A stretch of 64,000 nt of DNA from the NCBI GenBank assembly GCA_046563655.1, contig CM102284.1:8804001-8868000 (forward strand), written 5' to 3'. The position numbers and the translations under genes are program-made. A model generated the notes under the pieces. The model did no database searches. It was not told the origin of the DNA and worked only from the letters and a program-made list of their open reading frames with translations. Positions 21,580 through 35,300 of this stretch are shown here, in pieces. Source of the DNA: Yuukianura sp. NJ FZ-2021. Lineage: Eukaryota. Each line of letters begins with the position of its first letter. Positions within the stretch are counted from its first letter, which is position 1.

Positions 21580-24350
21580 TTAGACGCTCTGATATCCACG
21601 GGCACGTGACCGACGGCGACCAATCAAATACGCCACCAAAACAATGGCCACGAGGAGAGCCAGCGAAACTCCAACAGCGATCGGAACGATATCAGCCACA
21701 TATCCGTCCGCAGCACATCCATTTACTAAAAAACGACAAATATTCACGAATTAGCGCAAAAAGTTCAACATTCCGGACTACAAATGAATCCCGAAGAGAC
21801 TTACTTGCTCCAAATACGGCGTCATGTGTCTTATGGAATGCTTGAAACTGCAATTGTTCAAACTTGACTACAACGTGAGAGTTGGGGACAGTCAAAGTTT
21901 CTCTGGCAAGGCAATGGTATGACATGGACTCCTCGGTTGGATAAGCATAGACATCGGTGAACGAAAACTGCATCGTCGCTGTACAAAAACCAAAACGTTT
22001 TCATTACGTTTTTTTTGCAGAATCGTGACGATTTGGTTACGTTGCGTTAACTTACCATTGTTCGTCTTGTTCATTGTCACACTGCCAGCCAACTCCCTGA
22101 TAGCGTAGTGATTTCGTGCAAGTGGACCAGGTTCTGCGATTTGTGTGTTGTTCAGGAAGAACATAAAAGTCATAACACTCGCAACGTCTGTTCCAGGCAA
22201 GGTCCAGTTCAACTGGAGTACTTGGACAGTACCACTCCCATCTTGTGTACAATTTCCGGAAACTATGGCATCTGCTGGAACAGGAACATGAACTGTTTCC
22301 GATGTCTACAAAAAAATAAAAGACAATTCGTTAAGTCCGCCAATTTCAAAAGTTTTTTGAAGTTTTTAGTTTTGGGAAACCTTGTTGTCAACTGGATGGG
22401 TGATTTCCAGTTCCAGAGCACCTTTGAAGAGAATGCAGGTCACGGCTGTTCCGTTGATCGTTTCGGTGACGTTCCAACTTGCGATGTTCGTGGGAAAAGC
22501 GGGAGTTGGTTTTGGAGTAGGTGTCGGTGTAGTTGGGGCCAACGTTGTCGTAGTTGTTGGTTCCGTGGTGGTGGTCGTAGTAGAAGATGGTGGTTTAGTA
22601 GGTTTCCCCTTCACTACTTCTGATTCGGTGACGACATTTTCGGCAGCAGGAGCTGCTGGAGCAGGAGTGGTCACAACTGGTGCTGAATTGTCTTTTGTAT
22701 CATCGGCCACAGCGGCGGGTTTCACGGTTTGAGCAAACGCTGGAACAGTAAAAAAAAGAAGTTATTCGAGCATTGTTCATAAATTCATCATCAATTTTGA
22801 AATTCCTAAATCAAAATACAAAATTCAGAAAATTCGACCCCAACAGACACACAACTAAGCATATTGTCTAAAACGTTTCAAAAATTTGTTAAAACCGAAG
22901 TTTCTACATGACCAGACTATTCTGTGTTAAATTCATAATGGAAATTGGAATAGGACGCCAATGTTAAGCTGGAGAGCTGAAAGGACAACAACTCCATTGA
23001 GCTTATCTTGAAATTCTGTGTGCCAAAATAGAACTACAGTAATTTTGGCAAAGCAAACATTGGAAAGCGCATTGGAAAACGATCTCCTTTCGAGTTTTTG
23101 CAGTAAATGTAAAAACCACATTACAGTTAGCACTTCATTTCAACTGTTGTGTTGTGTAATTTCCAACCCAACTCGAGTCAGTCATGATCATGAGTCATCC
23201 GCTTCTTCAGCATAAAACTACGACTTCACTTGAACCTCTAAAGCTAGTAATCGAAAGGAAACTTTTAGAAACGAACGATATGGATACTCGACTTCAACAT
23301 GAACAAGAACAACAGTTTGATACAAATGGAAAAACAAAATTGAAATGATAATTCTGACTCTTCTGCTTTGTTTCTTTACTACGACTGACTTAAGTAAGAA
23401 TTTTAACCTCAAATCCAACACTTTTTTTTATGTTTTTCGCAGTCTGTCATGTGTGTGTGAACAGTGCATAGTGGAAAATGCAATTTTCAACATTCTATAT
23501 TGCAAATGCATCACGAGGATGCGGTACAAGTACTAGTTACGACAAGTTGATCAGCGATGACTCAGATTTTACTGTAATTTAACTAAAAAAATAAGAACAA
23601 AAAGAAGCTGACTGTGACTTTTTCCTTGTCTACTTTCTGATTCAGATTCTTGGTTTGTGATTCCCTTGCGATTTTAAAAGAAAACAACTCTGACGTGCTA
23701 TGACTAATTAAATATGGCTGGACAATTTTAGTCTTAAGTGCTTTGGGGGTGGAATGAGTGTAATTTGATTTGAGGAACTAAAATGACCTAAAATTTCTCG
23801 TTTGCTGAAGGTTATGATAAAAAACAGTAATGTGTCTGAAGAAAGAAAAAAGTTATAAAGGCCCATGATGATTAAAAGTTGCAGTTTAGGCACGTTTAGG
23901 TTTCGTTTGACTATCACCTAATTTAACCAAAGGAGATTATGGAGATAGATGAGTTAACCGGTTCTTAGAATTAAGTTAAATCAGGACTTCGATACCAAGG
24001 TCATGGTCACCAACGTCAAATTGAATTGAAAGTCATCAAGTGACATCTCTTAATCCTCGCTTCGCCTGATAATTGCACTGTTTTCCTAGAGACCGGCATT
24101 GGATTAACTTAGGATACGCCCCTCCTCTCTAAAAGATCGTCTTTAAAACTGAATCAACTCAATCGCGCTTTAAGTTCTCCGAAATTTCTACATTACAGCT
24201 AGATCTGCCATATCTTCTGTTTTGGATGTGTTTTGAACGAATTTTCAATTATGTTACAGCGGAAATGACAAGTTTTAACGATACAACGATTATCCAGTTC
24301 TTACCACACTGCAAACACAAAAGAGCGACGAAGACTGTGGTCCACGACAT
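21580..24350 (-). CDS. Lamp1: Lysosome-associated membrane glycoprotein (single LAMP domain); exons 24350-24305, 22739-22381, 22305-22056, 21978-21805, 21725-21580
   Basis: Signal peptide MSWTTVFVALLCLQCAFAQ; Thr/Pro mucin stalk; LAMP-domain Cys (TCILFKG, SYHCLA, QFQAF, CAAD); TM helix; C-terminal RRSRARGYQSV* (GYxxPhi lysosomal sorting signal). Confidence 0.92.
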
Positions 24351-25680
24351 TGTAACGAAGTGTGATACTAGTAGACCAGCTTCCTGACGACGATAACCTT
24401 GAACTATGCGAACAATGACTGCCTTGACTAGAAGACCGGAAGAGCCTCTCTCAGCGTTTTAACCTGCAAATTGACAAATCTCAATTAACTTGCATCGTCT
24501 GCTTCATACTAACTGATCTATGCGGATTGTACAGCATAGATTGACAATGAACAACTTACCCTTACGTGAAAATGAGCTCCTTCTCCTCTCCTATCCCTGC
24601 AAAAGCAACTACTGAACTGAGATGTCCTTTTGTTACGTGTTCTTTGTTGCTATGTTCCTTCTTTTACCGTGTGATCTGAGAGTACGAGGGTAACCCCAGT
24701 CTGTCGACAGTTGGTTGAGCACTGGAACTGTGATGAAGATGAGCCAAGTCCAAAGGAAGGATGAAGTAAAAACGGAGAAAAATGAATGCTGTGTGGCTGA
24801 CCCCTGCTTTGCTATGTTCTTGTTTACAATCTTTCCAATTTACGCCTCCTTTTTAGCAGAACAAAAAAAAATCTCGCTGCTTAGTATAGTAACTATATAG
24901 CCTTACTGTCTTTGTGTTTGTACTATGCTTAGCTTCTCACAGTGACACTTGAGGCGGGAAATTCAAATTCAACTCAACACTGGCACCCACTTTAGCATTT
25001 ATGGGCATATGACAAATATTAAATTACTAACAGTTTTAAATAGCTCGGAGAATTAGTTATAAACGTAAAAATTTAAGGCTACTAATGATTAACTTTTATG
25101 TAAATAACTTAATCTAACACGCTTTAATTGTTTGTGATCCCAAAACGTTTTTAAAGTTTGATAGAATTACAACATAATAGCATTATTAAAATAAATTATA
25201 ATGATGATGTTTTTATTTTTCAGTTTGAATGCCCATAAGTGTAGGGTGGCAAGGGCAAGGCGCGAGGAGTATGTTTTTGTCCAACTCGTTCGATTTTTCA
25301 TTTTTTATTTTTCATTCGATTGAATAAATTGCATTGTGCAGATTTGAGTTGTTTTGATTTTAGCAAAACATAAAGAGATTCGAACAATTCAACACACAAA
25401 GGATTCAACGATTAACTTAGTAAACTATGTGGAGACGCATGTAGTGAAACTGAGGGGAGAAGCAAATTAGTACAGAAGTAATTCAGGATTCAGGTCTGTG
25501 TTTGGACGATACTTTTCTTTTTAAGTTTTTATGAATCTGCTAAGCTATTAATAAATTCGTTGAATTAACAGGGAAATGGAGTAGTGTACTCCATCACCAT
25601 CACTTTCCAGTCCAGATTTGAGGGACGTTGTCAATCGCAGGCATTCTTCTTAGGATATCTAACAGCATTAGTTGTTGAAG

Positions 25681-28600
25681 ATGACCATGGAACCTCCCAA
25701 AGTAACGAAGAAAGGAGACCAAGTAATTACGAACTACGTTGACGAGAAGACGGGGAAGTTCACTGCTTATGAAGTTGGAGTGAAGCTAGAAGTTAGCGAC
25801 TTCTCAGGCCAATGGTTTCCAGCTAAAATCGTTGAAGTGGACAATGGAGAGAAGGAGGTTTTGGTCCACTTTGAAAATTGGTCAGCACGATTTGACGAAT
25901 GGATCAAGATGGACAGTAATCGGCTACGGCCCAGTCCCAACACAAACATTGTCAAGTGAGTACACCTTTAGACTAAAGAAATTACAAGGAGAATTTTAAC
26001 GATTTTGTATCGTTTCCTTTTTAGAACGCATTTCAAAGTTGGAGAACATGTCGAAGCATTGTGGAACACAGATGGACAGCGCTATCCCGGCGTTATTCAG
26101 AACGTCCTTCCAAATGGTAATGAAAGCAACTCAATTAATTGGACATGTAACATAAGTTAATGATTTTCTTTGTTTTACTAGACTACTACCAAGTTCTGTT
26201 TGATGATGGGATTAAGTTGAAGAAAAAGTACAACCAAATCTTCAAATTGAAAGCATCAACGAGAAAGGCCGGTGGTGCAGGTTCTTCAAAGAAATATGCT
26301 GGTGATCCTATTCCAATGACTAGTGCTACCGGTTCCCTTCCAGAATTGACTTCTTTTCCATCCACATCATCCGAAACTGCTGCAAAGAAAAGCAACGCAC
26401 TGCAACCGCCTGCTTTGTTACCTAATAAGCCAGCAGTAACAAAAGCAAAACCGAAGGTTTCTGGTACTGTTGATTCAATTCCAGACACGCAGGAGTCCAG
26501 TTTATTTACACCGCCAGGGCCAAAGAAATCAGCACCTAAGAAATCTCGTAAAAAAGCTGTCCAACCGCTACCGGTTCCTTCGCCTTCTCCTCCAGTACTT
26601 TCAACTCCGGAGGTAACTAAAACGTTCTGTACTAAACAGTCAGATCAAAATTTAGTAACCTAAAAATCAGAAGTTACACATGAATTTGTTTCTTGACAGG
26701 TTTTATCGCCAGTTACTCCGAGTACTCCGCAGAGTCAGGATACTTCTCCAGCATCTCCTACGAAATCGGATGATGGACCCGTGTCATCAAAAAGGAAGCG
26801 AACAGTTCAAGATTATTCAGATTTGCTACGCATTCGTCGTCGTTATCAATACCAAAAGGAGACAGGAGGAGGAGGAGAACCTGAAAAATTCAAACGACCG
26901 CGCCGAAGCAGAACTTCTCCATTTGCGTCTCCTCCAGAACTGTTTCCAGAAACAGGCTTACCATTACCAGAGGAACCGCAAACAACTCCAACAGAAGTTG
27001 AATTGGCAGCAGAAACTAAGCAGGACGTAGGAATCGAACCGAAGTCGGAACTTGATGGTGACGAAAATGTCACAATCGCTACTCCACCGGCTTCCCCTCT
27101 TATGAAACGAGAACTGTCGGATCCCAAAGAACAAGAGCAAGAGATTCTACCAGAGACAGAGTCGGAATTTATCCTTCCAGATTCAATTGTTGAGAACACT
27201 GCGGATGTCGACCCGCTTTTGCCGGTTCCAGTCAAACCGAAGAAACCTAAAAGAAAGTTTCGGCCGTTCAACACTTCTCGTCGCAAGGGGAGTAAGAAAC
27301 AGCAGAGAATTATTTATGTGACGGTGGACGATGAAGAGTTTGCTGCTGCCGGTGGAAATTTGAATCCAAGAAAATCGCGTCCCGGCAAGAAAGGAACCTT
27401 AGAGTTGACCGGAAGTGAGCCAATTGTTGCTGATGGAGATTCATCAGCTCCATCAACACCATCGTCATCAGTCACAGCTCAAACTGATGGAAGTTTAACT
27501 CCAACTGCATCGCCAGCAACTGATGGAACTGGACTCAGGATTATCAAGCGTCGAAGACGAAGGACTTATGCAAAACTTGTAAGAATCTGCACAGTTATCA
27601 AGAAATGTTAGAAATTTTGGTAATTTCAGTATAATTGTTTCAAAAAATTATTGATTTTTTTTTGTGTTTTGCAGGCAGCTGAAGGAATTGGAGTTGAAAC
27701 TGGTTCAGCCCCGACGACAATGTCGCCAAATACTCCAAATACTCCCAGCGACGAACCTTTGTCTAAAAGAAAACGAACGATTCACGATTACTCGATGCTG
27801 CTGAAAACACGGCCCAAGTTTTTCTTTGACATTGATGCCGAACAGGAGCGACCTGGAATGCAACCCACCCGGAGGCGCAGAGCCACCGAAGCTTCTTCCG
27901 CAAGTCCAACTTCACTAGCTACTCCAGCGCTGGAACTTTCTTCCGAAGCGATTTCTTCCGTTCTACAGCCACTTACGGATCCCTTGGCACTGACTGGTGA
28001 TGCCTCAGAAGCTGAAAATGAACTGAAACCGAAAGTTATTGACCTTGAGGATGACCTTGGTCCAGCCGAAGTCATTGCCCATAAGTCTGAACCAGTTCCA
28101 GTTCCTGTTCCTGTTCCAGTTGAGCCGACTGGTCCAACGTCAATTGCCACTCATCGTCCAGTTCGTCGCTCCTCGTCACAATTTGCAAGGAAGTCACACA
28201 TTGCACAAGACGTAAGTGCCCGTCCTCATCCTCATCCTCAATCACGCCTCCAAAATATAAAGCCGACGGACTTTAGAATAGTGTTACCCGTGAGTTCTCT
28301 CTCAAGAAAATTTTGGTTCCTTTAAAAATTTTGTGCTTGTAGACGTTAATTAGTTGATTAATTCTACAAAGCGCCTTACTTCCTTTAATTCTAACCAATA
28401 TTTTTCCTGCTTGTTTCCTAAGACGTAACCTGGTAAAGCATTGGACTAACACAAATTAATTGGGAATTGGGATTCATCTGGTTTCAATTAACTTTGATGT
28501 TACCTCAGATTTGTAAATTTTTAGGAAATTCATGTCGTGAGTACGCGAGGAACCGAAAATGGACTCAAAGGAAGCAGTGCGACGGTCATTTTGGAAAATA

Positions 28601-31600
28601 TTGTAAGTTTTTAACACGAAAGTCTGTATAATTTGTATTCCTAAGTTCAACTTTTTCATATTTTCATGTTTTGTGAATCAGGATGGTAAAATTGAATCTC
28701 ACGCTGGAAGATCAGCAGGATCAAGCGGTGGACGACGAGGATCAAAAGGAAATGATGCAAAAGCGGAAGAGCGACGACTGAAAATGCTTGAAAGGAAAAC
28801 ACAATCTTCACAACTTGGATCCAAACTCATAACGGACTTGGACTATAACAGTTTGGAAGAAGACGAAGAGCTGCTGGACATTGGGTACACTGGTGGAGCA
28901 TCCGGTGTCGTGACACCGTCCACGTCCAAGGCCAGAGCCAAGAGTTCGGCAACTACTTCGGCAGTATCTGCTGCTACTCCAGTCCTTCCAGTACCAACTT
29001 CCTCTACTAGTACTGCCAGTACTTCTGTGACCAGTGCCAAGAAAGTTGTCAAGAGAAAGGCACGGTCGGGTGTTCCCGGTAACCAGTGGTGGAAGAGAAG
29101 ACAATCAGCACAGAATGCTCGGAAAGCATCGGAATCAGAAGGAGGAGCAGACTCTGACCGACCAGTATCAACTGTGTCCAATGTTTCGAAGTCCAGAAGA
29201 AGTGTCAAGATCAAGAGAAGACCAGGCGACCTCATGAGTGGACTTACGCTGAATAGAATTCGAACAATTAGGAGCAATTTGTTCAAACAAGGATTCAGGA
29301 AGAGGATTATTGCAGTGCCAGCATCGAAAGATGTGAGTGTGGACATCATCAGCTGTATTTGTGGCTCCAGTGACGAACATGGACTGATGGTTCAGTGTGA
29401 GTTGTGTCAATGCTGGCAGCATGGCCAGTGTTTTGACATTGAGACGGTGGTGGACATGCCGAAGAATTACATTTGTGGGGCTTGTCTGTATCCAGAAAAC
29501 GTTCGTGGCAAGAAACCCATTGATTATCACTACGATTTCTACAAAACCGGGAAAATACCGAGGTATTCAAATTCAAAATTTTAAATCATAAACATAATGT
29601 GTTTTTACGGGATTTGTTTTGGAAATGGATGTATCAAATTAATTTTCTTTTTAGATTTGGATTCACACCGCCGATGCAACCGAAATTTTCCAAGTTGATC
29701 CAAGAAACTAACCAGTTGATTCACCGTCTCCATCAAGTTCGTGGAATAATTCACACCAGTCGTGTCCACATGAATCTGATGGAAGCCAAGCCAGATCACC
29801 CGAAACTCTATCAATGGGACAAACCTCATGAAACAATTCGTGAAAGTCAGCAGGAACGGAGATTCAACAAAGTCTATCGACCTCTACTAAGACGTTTAAT
29901 GTTCTTCAACCGACACGATCCCACTTATGTTAGCAAGTTAAGAGCAAAAGTGGAACAAGTAGTGAATAGACGAAGTGTGGAAGAAAGGAAGAGAGCTGAC
30001 AAGAGGATCAACGAAAAGTTTCCATCGATTTTCCCCACTGCCAAGCCCATTCCGATTCCAAATCTACAAAAACGTTTTGGACCAGCTTCTCCGTCACCAG
30101 TTTTCAAGACTCCGGCAGTTCCACCGCTGTCTCCAGCCAGTAAAGATGCGAAGCGATTGGAGGCTGAAGCTCTTAGGATTCGGAAAGAGTTGGAAACGTT
30201 GGGGAAAGGGAATGGTGCCGCTCAAGCGATGAATTTGGACACGGTGAGGGTAAAATCAGCATCGAACGGTTCCAACTCAGCGCTTTTAGTACCGAAGATT
30301 GAGCAGGACACGGACAGCATCCAAGAAGTTAAAGTTGTCATGGAGGATGTGCTGAACAAGGTCGAGACGATGTGTGACAGTGACAAGAAATCGGGCCAGG
30401 AAGATCTGAAACCAACTTGTCACTCAATATCACCGCAACCACCAAGTTCTGCTGTCGTCAGTGTATTAGTCACCCCCAAAAAAGAATCAGCTGTTCAAGA
30501 AGTTGTTGATTTGGGTGAAGAAGCTCCGCCAGAGTTTCCTGACATGCCAGGAATAGATGCTGATCCACTAGAAGACACGACTGATGGTGTCAAATGTGAC
30601 TTGGCGATGGCAATGGAATCAGCTGACTTGACTTCAGATAGCTCCGCTCAAGTTCTGGAGGAATGTTCAAGTCAAGAAGTTAAGCCAGAACCGCAGCAAC
30701 AACCGGATTTTAACGACGTGGATTTGATGAACTTGGATCCATCTGATCCTAAATTTAGTACAATTGCAGCTGATTTGGTAAAATCCTGCTGCGAAGAACC
30801 AGAAAGTTTGATCAAAACGCTGCAAGATTTGGCCAACGTCACTACAGAGGCTGAACCTGTCCAGGAACTGGAAGGAAGTGATCATGACCTAATCAATTTC
30901 CTGGATGAAGCGCTCATGGAAGATGTAAATGCTGGTCCAACATCAACAAATACTGCGGAGGTAGAGCTTTCTGATGCCACCAAAATGCTGCCTCCACCGA
31001 TACCGCCAGTACCTATGCCAAATACCAGCGCATTGTGAGTGAAATACTGTCATGATTTTTAGAAAATTGGAAATGAACTTTTGAAATTTTTTTTTTAAAT
31101 GTTGATTTTTTTTTAAACTTTTGTTTAGTGTTGTACCAGCAGCACCCCCGAGGCTGACGAGACTTACGCCGGAACTGTGTAGAGGAAATTTGATGCTTAC
31201 CATTCTTGATCAACAGAGAATTATCGATCAGCATCTAGACGAAATAGAAGCTCGTGTAGCAGGTAATAACGGAAGGAGTTTTACATTTTGAAATTTTGAA
31301 AAAAGTTGGAGAGTATAAAATTACTTTTCTTTTTTGAAATTTTAGATATTGAGAAAATGAGAGGGCTGGATTCCCCGAATCGAGCAGCAGCGTTTCACCG
31401 CATTTCGAGTCTTCAGGCCAAAGTGAAAAGAATGATGAGAGGATTTGAGTTAGTAAAATCTATTGGGCGGAGAGCAGAGCGGAGCTTGAGGGAAGTGATT
31501 CAGGAGGAACCGGATGCTTTTGATGAAGCTTCGACGAGTGAACAGGAAATTATAAAGGAAAAAGACAATGAAGAGACGGATTCTGCTGATGAAGAAGGCG

Positions 31601-31638
31601 AAGACGAAGAACTTTCAGAAGAACTAGAAGATTTGTAA
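25681..31638 (+). CDS. PHF20/PHF20L1/MBD-R2-like chromatin protein (tandem Tudor + PHD finger), ~10 coding exons
   Basis: Tudor1 GVKLEVSDFSGQWFPAKIVEVD..VLVHFENWSARFDEWI; Tudor2 FKVGEHVEALW..YPGVI..YQVLFDDG; PHD IISCICG..EHGLMVQCELCQCWQHGQC..YICGAC; C-terminal CRGNLMLTIL..LDEIEARV helix. Internal exon bounds approximate. Confidence 0.85.
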
Positions 31639-32363
31639 AGTATAAACAGCATTTTCATTTATTTTAGGATTTAAAACTTCAAACGTCTTTTGTTTTCATT
31701 CATCAAGTGTTTTTAGATTTTTCTGGAGTGTTTTTCGGTGTAATTCAGTGTTTTTTAGTTCCCGTCTTTTGGTAGTTTCCTTTCGGTTTACAAATTCAAA
31801 ATATTTTTGAAATTCAAAATGTGGTTTGTTTTATTATTATGAGAAAATTTATGAGAACAAATGCAGTAAGAATATGGAATTTATTGGAACTTTTTGAATG
31901 CAATCAATTTTTTTGATTGATTTCAGGTAGTAAAAGTTACTTTAATTATCGTAAACTACGAAATGTTAAGTTCCTCTGCTTTTCAAAGGAAAATAGATTA
32001 GCTGCACCGTTTTCAGAAAAACAAGGTTTTCGTAATTTCGAAAAAATTCCGTAAGCGTCTTCACTATTCACACTAATTCTTCGCACCAACCAATACCAAT
32101 CCGACATATGGAAGATGTCTTGTAACTAACTTTTTAACTCTTTTAAATTGTAAGTTTCAATTTTCAGGAAACTGAAACTTTTGAAAATTGAAAATTTGAG
32201 ATTCTTAAAAGCTCGATTTCTTTAGCACCATTTCCAAAACCAGTCTTACTTTAGCTAGCAAATTGAGAGCAATAGGTTATAGGTTGAGAATTACTACGAA
32301 ATTTTCAGGTTTTAGTTTTTTCGGGGATACTTTTTTTTTCAAAAATTGTGTTTTTTTAAAAAG

Positions 32364-35300
32364 TTAGTCATGGGCAGAGTTATTTTTAAGCAGTTTGATC
32401 TTCCTGTTGTGCACGGGACTTTCTTCGAGAATTGTGAGTTTGCGATTTTTGAGGGCGGGGCGACTTGACACAGCGGACGACGCTGATTGGTTATTGACCG
32501 AAGATGGAGATTCGTTAATAATCGGGAGTTCTGTGATACTTGACATGGCGGATTCAGTTAACTTTGACCCCGCGTGACCTTGACCTTGACCTTCAATGAA
32601 CATTGACGAAGGGGCAGAGTGACCAAGGACTTGTGACGACTTTTCTTTTAAACTTCCGGTTCTGTCACGGTCGAAACTTCCACTGCATGAAGTTGAGTAG
32701 ATGTACTCAGAACTTTCTTCAAGGGACGGAGCCCTTCGCACACTCGACTTTGACTCCAGTGGATGCGCATGCGTACCTCCAATATTTTCAAAAAAACAAA
32801 TTTTTAAATATTTTTTAACTTTATTTTCAAAAAAAAAAAGGTTTACAGATTCAGATTTTCAGATTTTCTCACCTTGGTCAAGAGAATACTGGCGACGGAG
32901 ACCGCGAGCAGCAGGTTTTCCTGTCAGCAGTTGATGAGCTACCTGTTGCCAGAGTTGTTCAAAATTTCAGTAAGGGCGAGCCAAAATTTCAAAAAAGTTC
33001 AAAATTTTGAAAAGTATTGGAATTTTTTGGTTTTTATTACTTGTTCAGCAGGAGACAGAGAGCGGAGAGTGTCGGTTCCAGTGGACCCGCCGCTGTTGCA
33101 GTGGAGTAGCCCGTACTTGTGAATTGGTTTGGCTGGAACTGGAGCAGTACTGCGCTGAATCTGAGTGGGCGTGGCTTCCGGGACGCTGTTTGATCCACTA
33201 CTTGTTCCAGTGCTTGTTGTCGGATCGGCAAATTCGTTTCCGATTTCTCCCGAGTCTGGCCAAACTCCTGTTCGGCCATACATAATAGCCTTTTCGTCCA
33301 AGTGACTAAAAATGACAATAATTTACGAATTTTGGCAAATTTTGAATATTTGTGCCAAAACTTACCAAGAATCGCTGAAAAATTTAAAAATACAAAATTT
33401 TTAGTAATTTTGATATTCAATTTTGAAAAACTTTTTGATTTTTGATTTACTTTGGACCTGGAGGCTTCGGAAGCTCTTTGTCAAAGCCTTCCTTGCCCAG
33501 AAGCCAAAACGTGGGCATTTGACCTTTGCCCTTGATAGCTGTCATACCCCTGATCAGTCAAAACATAATTTTTATGTTAATGTAAATCTTATGTAAGTTT
33601 ATGCAAGTTTCATGTAAGTTTTATGTAAGATAGGTTTACCTGTACTGGATAATGTAACCTCCGATGCTGTCGAGTTTGGCTTTGGTTTCTCCAGAAATGT
33701 GAATCCGCCAAGCTGACCCAGTGGATTCCATTCGAGATGCTGTATTGACAGTGTCTCCTAAAAACCAAATTTTGATTTAAAAATTTGAAAATGTTTCCAA
33801 AATTTTGATTTTTTCAAAAAAACAGGTTTACCGAAGAGACAGTATCGTGGCATAGTGAGCCCCACCACACCAGCACAGCATGACCCTGTATGAAGTCCAA
33901 TACGCAGACGCAGTGGGGTGAATGGCAAATGCCGAATTCGAAATTTCCCGCTTTGGTGTAACAGGTCAAGCGCCATTGTTGCAATTTGGTCAGCATGATT
34001 TTTGGACCAAACTGGAGCACCTCCCACGACCTTCAATAAATTTACCAAATTTTTCAAATTTGAAATTTTGGAAAATTTTGAATCAGGTTTTTACCATGTA
34101 GGCGTCCCCAATCGTCTCAACTTTGTAGACATTGTAGTCGTTGATAGTCGCATCGAAGCATGTGTAAAGGTCATTCAAAAGGTCAACAACTTCAAATGGC
34201 GTAGAATAAGCAGAAATCGTAGTAAATCCTTCAAAAAATGCAATTTTTTAACATTTTCCAAATTTTTTGAAATTTTTCGAATTTGACTTGTTGACATTAC
34301 CGACAATATCCGAAAAGTAAATCGTTACATCCGAGAACTCCTCTGGATCTACCGGGAGTCCCACTTTCAGTTTGTCTGCCACCATACTGTTCAAAATCCA
34401 AAACCAAAATTTCAATTTCTGTTTTCTTCTTTTTTCAAAATTTCAATTTCAGTTTGTTTCAAAATTTTGAAAAAGTCTTACCTCGGCAGCATTCGATTGA
34501 GGAGTTGCTCAGTCTTCTTTTTCTCCAAGTCCAATTGCTCTGTTCTCTCTCTAATTAATTCTTCTAAATTATTGCTGTATTTCTCCAACATTTGGAACAT
34601 TGTGTCCACTATATTGGCTTTTCTAAAATTTTAAAAATTTCAAATTCCAAAATTTCAAAATTTTGAGGCCAAAGGTCATAAATTTTAAGTTGTGCTGTGG
34701 TTATACCTCCCGTGGTTAAGCGTTTTGAACAGATCATGGATGACCATAAAGTCTGGGCGCATGTCCGGCAGTTCCGCCCAGCATTGTCGCATGATATTGA
34801 TGGCTTCCGGTGGAGCCACCCCTTTGCTCACTGACGGCCGAATCAGCGGTGGTGGATGTTTCAACTTCTCAATAATTTCTAAAATTCAAAAAAGTTCAAA
34901 TTTTGAAAAATTTTGAAAATTTTGGAAATTTTGGAGACAGTTGAACTTACCATTCGGTGTGAGTGTGATCATGCAGTAAGGCTCTCCTCTCACCAGCACT
35001 TCTTGCATAATTATTGCAAAACTGAAGACATCGCCAGCCTGCGATCCTAGTTTTCGCAAATTCTCATCACGCAAAAGTTCTGGAGCGGTCCACAGAAGAT
35101 CTAAAGACATTTTTGAAAAAAGTCCAAGTTGGATTAAGTTTTTGAAATTTTTCAGAAATTCTATGTTTTGTGTAACTTCCTTTTGGAGAAAGTGCTATTA
35201 GAAAAGTGGTTTTTAACAGTTTTCATCAACTTTGCAGTTGACCTTTGACCTGGATTGACCTACCTTTGGCTTTCCTGTGAGCAGGAGAGAGTCCTTGGGC

